A stretch of 64,000 nt of DNA. Source: a virus. A model generated the notes under the pieces. That model worked only from the letters and a program-made list of their open reading frames with translations, searched no databases and had not been told where the DNA came from. Position numbers and translations under genes: made by a program. Position 1 is the first letter of the stretch; every line of letters begins with the position of its first letter. Shown here piece after piece: positions 57,692 through 64,000 of this stretch. Where the stretch lies: the IMG/VR virus record IMGVR_UViG_3300037067_024426; one strand, given 5' to 3'.

Positions 57692-60600
57692 GTTATATCC
57701 TCAAAGTTAGTCCACCATTTACTACGTGCCATAAATGTGGCTCCTCCTGAGGGTCTTTGTGCTGAAATTATGAATCCTCCTGTTGCAACTGCCATCGTAG
57801 CAACTGTATTAGCCATTCCTGTTGGATACTGACTAGTATCGAAATAGACCTGATTTTGGAATTTAACGGTAGCAAGTCCAGAAGGATCTGTTGTAACATA
57901 TGCGTCAACTTGGCAGTCAAGATTTCCTGAAATACTCTTATCTGCCGGTTCCCATACTGTTACACGAGTTCCTAATCGACAAATGTATATCTTAGAAGTC
58001 CCTAATCCGGAGAGAACTTCAGATCGAACAATTGTCAATGCATTAGTTCCGAGTATGACATCTCCAATTGTTGAACTAGTACTCAATACTGCTGGACCTG
58101 TGGCTCCTTGAGCACCTGTTGCACCAGCTGGACCTGTTGCACCAGCTGGACCCGCAGCGCCAGTAGGACCTGGAGGTCCTCCTGCTGGTCCGGTAGGACC
58201 TTCTGGACCCGTCACACCAGCTGGACCTGTGGCACCGGCAGGACCTGGAGAGCCTTGAGCCCCTTGAGGACCTGTAGCTCCTGTTCCACCACCAGCGGGA
58301 CCTGTGGGTCCTTCTGGTCCTGTGGCACCCTGTGGACCTTGTGGTCCTGTAGGGCCACCAAAAGGACCTGTGGGTCCTTCCAGTCCTGTTGCACCCTGAG
58401 GGCCAGTGACTCCAGGTGATCCTTGTAATCCTATCGAACCTGTCGCACCAGTAACTCCATCGATACCAGTTGCACCTTGGATCCCTTGTGGACCTGTGGC
58501 ACCTTGTGGACCTGTGACCCCTTGGATGCCTTGAAGACCTGTGGCACCATCGATACCAGTAGCACCTTGGATCCCTTGTGGACCTGTGGCACCCTGTGGA
58601 CCTGTAGATCCCTGAGGGCCTGTAGATCCCTGAAGACCAGTTGCACCCTGCAGTCCAGTAGAACCAGTTATTCCCGGAGATCCTTGATCACCTTGAGGAC
58701 CTGTGGATCCCTGAAGGCCAGTAGCACCTTGAGGACCTGTGGATCCCTGAAGACCAGTTGCACCTTGAGGGCCAGTTGCACCTTGTGGTCCCGTAGCACC
58801 TTGTGGTCCCGTAGGGCCACCAAAAGGACCGGTAGCACCTTCAGGACCCGTAACACCGGGTGATCCCTGAATGCCTTGTGGACCTGTAATTCCATCGAGT
58901 CCAGTTACCCCAGGCGATCCTTGAGGGCCTTGAAGACCAGTTGCACCCTGCAGTCCTATCCACCCGGTAGCACCTTGCGGGCCTGTAGCACCTTCAGGAC
59001 CAGTAGCACCCTGAAGACCCGTAGCGCCTTGGATCCCTTGAGGACCTGTAGGTCCTTCCAGGCCTGTAGCACCTTGTGGACCTGTAGATCCTTGAGGTCC
59101 GGTAGCACCCTGTGGACCCGTAGGACCGCCAAAAGGACCCGTGGGCCCTTCCAGGCCTGTGGCACCCTGTGGTCCTGTAAATCCTTGAGGACCTGTGGCA
59201 CCCTGTGGACCCGTTGCTCCAGTAACGCCATCGATACCAGTTGCACCCTGTGGACCTGTAGGACCGCCAAAAGGACCTGTGGGTCCTTCCAATCCAGTTG
59301 CACCCTGTGGACCCGTAGATCCTTGAGGTCCGGTAGCACCCTGTGGACCAGTTGCACCAGTTACCCCATCAATACCAGTAGCACCCTGTGGACCCGTAGG
59401 GCCACCAAAAGGACCTGTAGGTCCTTCCAGGCCTGTAGCACCTCGTAATCCAGTGGCACCTTGTGGACCTGTGGCACCCTGTGGACCAGTCGCACCAGTT
59501 ACCCCATCAATACCAGTTGCACCCTGGAGGCCTGTCCAACCAGTTGCACCCTGAGGGCCAGTTGCACCCTGAGGGCCAGTTGCACCTGTTAAACCATCAG
59601 GACCCGTGACACCAGTAACTCCATCGATACCAGTTGCACCCTGAGGACCAGTTGCACCTGTTAAACCATCAGGACCCGTTGCTCCAGTAACGCCATCGAT
59701 ACCCGTAGCACCCTGAGGACCAGTCCAACCGGTATGACCGGGGGATCCTTGAGCACCTTGGATACCCGTAACTCCAACAATTGCAGCTCCAATCGTTCTG
59801 CTATATTCACTGAAAATTGCTTGAGCAGAAAGATTTGTTGGAACAACTTTGAGAGATGAAATAACAAGATTTCTTGGCGCAGCAAGAACTTGATTCTGAT
59901 CAATACCGACCTTAAAAGTTCCGCTCTGCCCACCGTTTGTAAACGCTGCTAATCCAGTCGCATAAAGTTTACCGTTCATGTAGAAGCCGATATTTGCACC
60001 GGCATCTCTGACAACGGCAAGATGGAAAGGTTGATCTACAGGAGGAACTGCACCTGTTCCAATTGTGATCGAGTCTGCTCCAGCACCACTCTCTGAAGAG
60101 AATTCAACATATCGAGTGATTCCAGCAAAACTAATAGCATAAACTTCATTATCGGTTGGGTTTTCACCGATATTCGAATGTGCGACAAATGGTAATCCAG
60201 TTGGAGTAGGCTCTGGAATTTTTACGATTGCTTCAATCGTAACTGGACCAAGTATTCTTAACTCTGGATCAGCTACAGTTCTTCTTAAGAATGAAGTCCC
60301 GTCAAATACGAAACCACGTTTACCAGGACCGATTTCCCCATAATTTTCAATACCAGAAGCTACAGAGAGATCCTTACTGAGACCAGATGTGTCTGTTAAA
60401 TTCCCGTCAAATTGCCATAACCCAACTGGTGAATAAATGGTATCATGTGGTCTTATTTGATAAACACTAACAGGGCCTGTAAGACCTGCAGGACCAGGGG
60501 CGCCTGTAGCGCCTGTAGCACCGGCAACACCCTGAGGACCCGTAGCGCCTAATAAACCTGGGGATCCTTGAAGACCCGTTTGACCTCGAGGACCTGTCGG

Positions 60601-61674
60601 GCCTGTAGCGCCCTGTGGACCTGTATGACCCGTGGGACCAGGAGCACCCGTGGCACCAGCAACACCAGGAATTCCTGCAGTACCCTGAATCCCTTGAGGA
60701 CCTGTGGCACCCGTGACACCAGCAGGACCTGTAGCACCAGTAACACCGTCAGGGCCAGTAGGGCCACCAAAGGGACCTGTAGCGCCCTGTGGACCTGTAT
60801 AACCAAGACCCGTGGCACCCTGAGGACCTGTAGCGCCTGTGACACCAGGAGCACCTTCAGGGCCTGTGACACCCGTAGGACCAGGAAGGCCTGTAGCACC
60901 TTGAATCCCTTGAGGACCAGTAGGGCCCTGAAGACCGATAGGACCAGTAGGACCCGTATAACCAGGACCCGTAACACCTTGTGGTCCTGTAGCACCTTGC
61001 TGACCAATTGGTCCTGTTGGACCTAGAAAACCCTGCAACCCCCGTTGACCTGTCGGGCCAATCGATCCTGTTCGACCAATTGATCCTGTAGGTCCTTGTA
61101 GCCCTTGCGGACCTGCAGGCCCCGTTGGCCCTTGCGCGCCCGTAGAACCAGCGATACCGTCAAGTCGGCGGATGAGATCATTTAAACCGCCTCTAGGTAT
61201 ACCTCCCGAAGGTATATTTTCTGCCCAGCCATATTCTGCTCCGCCATAATTTTGTTCATCCGGTTTCGCACCAGGAGCACCACTTTCTAGTGGTGGAAGT
61301 GGGAGTGGCCATCTTTGAACTGGAGGCTGTATGAAACCACGAACGGGTTCTGGAACAGAAAAAACTCGAATGTCTATATTTGGAGTACCTACATAGTTAG
61401 CAGCTCCCCAAACTTTTAGAACAAATCGATAAGATCCAGATACGTCAGGCGTAAATGAAGCGAGGGGTGTATTTCCAGTGCTCGAGAAAGCATAAGGAGA
61501 TGCTACCGAAATTGCACTTCCGATAGGAGTGAAAACAAGGTCAATCTTCCAAGAGGCGACCCCCGTGTTGTCGCTATTTTCAATCTGAACGGGTACCCCG
61601 ACGACACCAATTAGTGCTCGGCCGTCGGCGATATTAAGACCCTGTGTGAATTTAATTAACGCCGTTACAGACAT
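57688..61674 (-). CDS. Collagen-like triple-helix repeat protein (1328 aa) with an N-terminal domain and a central lectin (LamG/ConA)-like domain
   Basis: Two long Gly-X-Y tracts ([16 protein letters not shown]..). They are separated by a roughly 240-aa globular insert (..[18 protein letters not shown]..). Confidence 0.85.
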   Translation of the reverse strand: MSVTALIKFTQGLNIADGRALIGVVGVPVQIENSDNTGVASWKIDLVFTPIGSAISVASPYAFSSTGNTPLASFTPDVSGSYRFVLKVWGAANYVGTPNIDIRVFSVPEPVRGFIQPPVQRWPLPLPPLESGAPGAKPDEQNYGGAEYGWAENIPSGGIPRGGLNDLIRRLDGIAGSTGAQGPTGPAGPQGLQGPTGSIGRTGSIGPTGQRGLQGFLGPTGPIGQQGATGPQGVTGPGYTGPTGPIGLQGPTGPQGIQGATGLPGPTGVTGPEGAPGVTGATGPQGATGLGYTGPQGATGPFGGPTGPDGVTGATGPAGVTGATGPQGIQGTAGIPGVAGATGAPGPTGHTGPQGATGPTGPRGQTGLQGSPGLLGATGPQGVAGATGATGAPGPAGLTGPVSVYQIRPHDTIYSPVGLWQFDGNLTDTSGLSKDLSVASGIENYGEIGPGKRGFVFDGTSFLRRTVADPELRILGPVTIEAIVKIPEPTPTGLPFVAHSNIGENPTDNEVYAISFAGITRYVEFSSESGAGADSITIGTGAVPPVDQPFHLAVVRDAGANIGFYMNGKLYATGLAAFTNGGQSGTFKVGIDQNQVLAAPRNLVISSLKVVPTNLSAQAIFSEYSRTIGAAIVGVTGIQGAQGSPGHTGWTGPQGATGIDGVTGATGPDGLTGATGPQGATGIDGVTGVTGPDGLTGATGPQGATGPQGATGWTGLQGATGIDGVTGATGPQGATGPQGATGLRGATGLEGPTGPFGGPTGPQGATGIDGVTGATGPQGATGPQGSTGPQGATGLEGPTGPFGGPTGPQGATGIDGVTGATGPQGATGPQGFTGPQGATGLEGPTGPFGGPTGPQGATGPQGSTGPQGATGLEGPTGPQGIQGATGLQGATGPEGATGPQGATGWIGLQGATGLQGPQGSPGVTGLDGITGPQGIQGSPGVTGPEGATGPFGGPTGPQGATGPQGATGPQGATGLQGSTGPQGATGLQGSTGPQGDQGSPGITGSTGLQGATGLQGSTGPQGSTGPQGATGPQGIQGATGIDGATGLQGIQGVTGPQGATGPQGIQGATGIDGVTGATGSIGLQGSPGVTGPQGATGLEGPTGPFGGPTGPQGPQGATGPEGPTGPAGGGTGATGPQGAQGSPGPAGATGPAGVTGPEGPTGPAGGPPGPTGAAGPAGATGPAGATGAQGATGPAVLSTSSTIGDVILGTNALTIVRSEVLSGLGTSKIYICRLGTRVTVWEPADKSISGNLDCQVDAYVTTDPSGLATVKFQNQVYFDTSQYPTGMANTVATMAVATGGFIISAQRPSGGATFMARSKWWTNFEDIT
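58090..61150 (-). repeat. Degenerate 9-nt periodic (Gly-X-Y) coding repeats with longer internal duplications
   Basis: ggacc(t/a)gt(a/g)gc..-type periodicity. Blocks such as [35 protein letters not shown] recur four or more times. Confidence 0.7.
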
Positions 61675-61735
61675 ATCTGACGACGTTTCTCAACAAAAGT
61701 TAATCAAAATTGGGCGGTTGGACCGGGTGGATCAA

Positions 61736-62194
61736 TTATTCCGCTTGAACAAATCTAACTTTGTTGCCGTCTCTTTCGAGAGATAGACTAAAATTAGAAA
61801 ATTGTTGATTTGAAGATCCCTCAGTTATTCGAGATAAAATATCCGGAAGAAGATCAAACTTAATCATCGTTTTACTTAAATCGAACCACTCATTCGGAGT
61901 AGAAGCGATTTTAGCAAGAACCGCTTGAGCAAGCATATCAAATCTTGCTGGCATTTCTCCCGATTCAGTCGATAGAGCCCATTGCAGGACATGCTTAATT
62001 GCAGGAGTTGGTGGCGCAACAGACGGTGAAAATGGTGAAGGAAATGCTCTACGAATATTTTGAACAGACTGAGGCCTAGAACGAACCGGCACTGGATTGA
62101 TGATAGGTTTTTCAATCGGGCTAGCGGGAGGAACCACACCTTTGAATCTCTCATCCATCATTGCGGGTCTTACCGGTTTTGCGTCAGTAGTCAT
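61736..62194 (-). CDS. Hypothetical Pro-rich protein
   Basis: A 152-aa ORF. Confidence 0.45.
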   Translation of the reverse strand: MTTDAKPVRPAMMDERFKGVVPPASPIEKPIINPVPVRSRPQSVQNIRRAFPSPFSPSVAPPTPAIKHVLQWALSTESGEMPARFDMLAQAVLAKIASTPNEWFDLSKTMIKFDLLPDILSRITEGSSNQQFSNFSLSLERDGNKVRFVQAE

Positions 62195-62301
62195 GATCCA
62201 TTATCCTCATAAACATCTCAGCTAAACCATACTTCGAGTAATATGAGATGTAAGAGTTGTATTTTCAAAAAACTGCTGAAATAAAATAGCTAGAAAACAA
62301 T

Positions 62302-63663
62302 ATGAATAATTCTATTTGCTGGCCAATAATTCGAACAGCGTCATTTGAAGATACTCACATAAATATCCAAAGACAGATGAATGAAACTCAATGGATGTCT
62401 CCAGATAATTTACGTTATTTACAAATGTTGCAACTTCGACTAATTGTTGAACATGCAATTAAAAATCTCCCCTTCTATACAAAAAGATTTGAAAGCATAG
62501 GGGTGAAAACAGCTAAAGATTTGGATGAGGAATCATGGGATCGTCTTCCAGTATTAACACGTAAAGAGATCCAAGAAAACGTAATAAATACAGAATCAAT
62601 ACCGCCATCTCATGGAAGAATAGCATCCATTGCTAGTAGCGGAAGTACGAGCACACCGATACGAATAACAAAAACGGATCTTTCTAACTTAATATGGACA
62701 GCGAGTTCGCTTCGTAATGAAGTTTGGAATCGCTTAAACCCTGAAGAAATGATGGTATTCATCCGCCATGGAATAGATGGTGGAACACCGGAGCAATTAG
62801 CCACGTTACGATCAACTGGATTATATCAAAATAACTACGGTCCACCGAATTCAATATTTTTAAAAACGGGAGGCGTATGGATAATCGATACTCGCTGTCC
62901 AGTTTCATATCATGCAGATTTAATTTCCCGTACTCATCCGGAATGCATCACAGCGATGCCATCAAATTTGTCACTCTTGCTTAAATATTATGAAGAAAAC
63001 AATAACGCTCCGAATTGGATTAAATCTGTTTGGACTGTAAGTGAAGCTCTCGGGGATCTAAGAGAAAGATGCTGGAAAGTATTAAATTGCAAAATAATAG
63101 ATAGTTATTCATGTGCAGAAACTGGATATATAGCACTTCAGTGTCCAGAGCATGAACATTATCACATTCAATCTGAAACTATTCGTTTAGAGGTATTGCA
63201 TCCGGATAACACTCATTGTAAACCGGGAGAAGTTGGGAGAGTGGTAATTACGCCGCTCCATAATTTCGCATCTCCTTTATTTAGATATGAAATTGGAGAT
63301 GAAGCTGAAGTTGGAGATCCTTGCCCATGTGGTAGAGGTTTACCCGTATTAAAAAGAATTATCGGGAGAACTTATGACTATCTAACCATGCCGGACGGGC
63401 GTAAACAACGTGTCGATACTGGTTATTATCCAATTTGTGAAATTCCTGCAGTACGAGAACTTCAAATAATCCAACGTTCAAAAGAACTTATTGAAATACT
63501 GCTCGTATTATCAAAATCGTTATGTACAGATGAAATAAAAAATATCACCGAATTATGTACGGAAAGATTTGGTGATGTTTTTGAATATAAAATAACTGAA
63601 GTTGATTCAATAAACCAAACTACGTCAGGAAAACGAAGAATATTTATATCAGAAGTTGACTAA
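62302..63663 (+). CDS. PaaK/CapK/F390-synthetase-family adenylate-forming enzyme
   Basis: P-loop-like SSGSTSTPIRITK. Further matches: ..CAETGYIALQCPEHEHYHIQSE, LEVLHPDNTHCKPGEVGRVVITPLHNFASPLFRYEIGD and CPCGRGLPVLKRIIGRTYDYLTM. Confidence 0.7.
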   Translation: MNNSICWPIIRTASFEDTHINIQRQMNETQWMSPDNLRYLQMLQLRLIVEHAIKNLPFYTKRFESIGVKTAKDLDEESWDRLPVLTRKEIQENVINTESIPPSHGRIASIASSGSTSTPIRITKTDLSNLIWTASSLRNEVWNRLNPEEMMVFIRHGIDGGTPEQLATLRSTGLYQNNYGPPNSIFLKTGGVWIIDTRCPVSYHADLISRTHPECITAMPSNLSLLLKYYEENNNAPNWIKSVWTVSEALGDLRERCWKVLNCKIIDSYSCAETGYIALQCPEHEHYHIQSETIRLEVLHPDNTHCKPGEVGRVVITPLHNFASPLFRYEIGDEAEVGDPCPCGRGLPVLKRIIGRTYDYLTMPDGRKQRVDTGYYPICEIPAVRELQIIQRSKELIEILLVLSKSLCTDEIKNITELCTERFGDVFEYKITEVDSINQTTSGKRRIFISEVD

Positions 63664-63675
63664 ATATTACTAATA

Positions 63676-63930
63676 TTAAACAGTCTTTTCGACAACCAAG
63701 CACAATCGTTCTATTGTAAGTGATAAAGAGGAATCAACACTCTCCATCTCTACATAAAATACTAAAGAAGAAGTAGCAATAATATTTTCTATGACAGTCA
63801 ATAAATTAAGTTGATTGGTTCCAGAAGAAATAGATATAATTGAAGTAGAACCTGGACTTACAGCAACAGGACCTCCATCAATTGCATATGAAACTCTAAA
63901 AGCCATAGGACTAGATACATCTGAAAACAT
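63676..63930 (-). CDS. Hypothetical small protein near the window edge
   Basis: An 84-aa ORF with a possibly incomplete context. Confidence 0.3.
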   Translation of the reverse strand: MFSDVSSPMAFRVSYAIDGGPVAVSPGSTSIISISSGTNQLNLLTVIENIIATSSLVFYVEMESVDSSLSLTIERLCLVVEKTV

Positions 63931-64000
63931 ATCTAGATTTAATCTACAAACCCAGATATTTTTACTAGTAGATGGCCCTACGTCGACAAACCCTGGACCG

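Noticed and set aside
58108-61026. Many plus- and minus-strand ORFs rich in Cys/Thr/Trp or Leu/Gln/Val
   Set aside because: They are out-of-frame or antisense readings of the Gly-X-Y codon periodicity of the collagen-like gene.
58090-61150. Possible CRISPR array, given the regular short repeats
   Set aside because: The periodicity is 9 nt, protein-coding and in-frame (Gly-X-Y). There are no spacer-repeat units of 25-40 nt and no cas genes.

Overview
The window is a densely packed 64 kb region, about 95% coding, with genes almost all on the minus strand. It looks like part of a large (jumbo-type) bacteriophage or phage-like mobile element in a bacterial host. GC content appears moderate by eye; it was not computed.

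The window opens with a cluster of seven minus-strand tRNAs (Thr, an odd class-II-like tRNA, Asp, Gln, Lys-CUU, Lys-UUU, Tyr). An HNH homing endonuclease sits inside the cluster. A back-to-back promoter pair follows, driving the tRNA operon leftwards and a roughly 400-nt candidate non-coding transcript rightwards.

Next comes an early/auxiliary block. It holds:
- a prepilin-type N-terminal protein, two J-domain proteins and a full DnaJ
- a sigma-70-like factor, an ECF sigma and a third sigma-like protein
- a dual-specificity phosphatase, a glycine-rich RRM RNA-binding protein, a second HNH endonuclease and a Dam methylase
- an AAA+ ATPase, a family-A DNA polymerase with 3'-5' exonuclease, a DnaB-like helicase with a separate primase zinc-finger protein, an SNF2 helicase, a CYTH-domain protein and a SpoU RNA methyltransferase

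The most unusual island is at 15.3-19.0 kb. It contains an 886-aa protein that I recognise from memory as a homolog of the eukaryotic major vault protein. Immediately upstream in transcription order are a predicted amber-suppressor tRNA (anticodon CUA), a PTH2-type peptidyl-tRNA hydrolase and an ECF sigma factor.

The last third of the window (42-62 kb) is a structural-looking module, all on the minus strand. It holds three giant proteins (1470, 1546 and 1005 aa); the last two are paralogs. It also holds a 1328-aa collagen-like Gly-X-Y protein with an embedded lectin-like domain, a hyper-acidic 129-aa protein and several medium-sized unknowns. Beyond this module, on the plus strand, lies a PaaK/CapK-like adenylating enzyme.

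No terminase, portal or major capsid protein is recognisable in this window. I found no CRISPR array and no integrase or transposase.

All domain calls rest on motifs read by eye from the translations. Coordinates of RNA features may be off by 1-2 nt.
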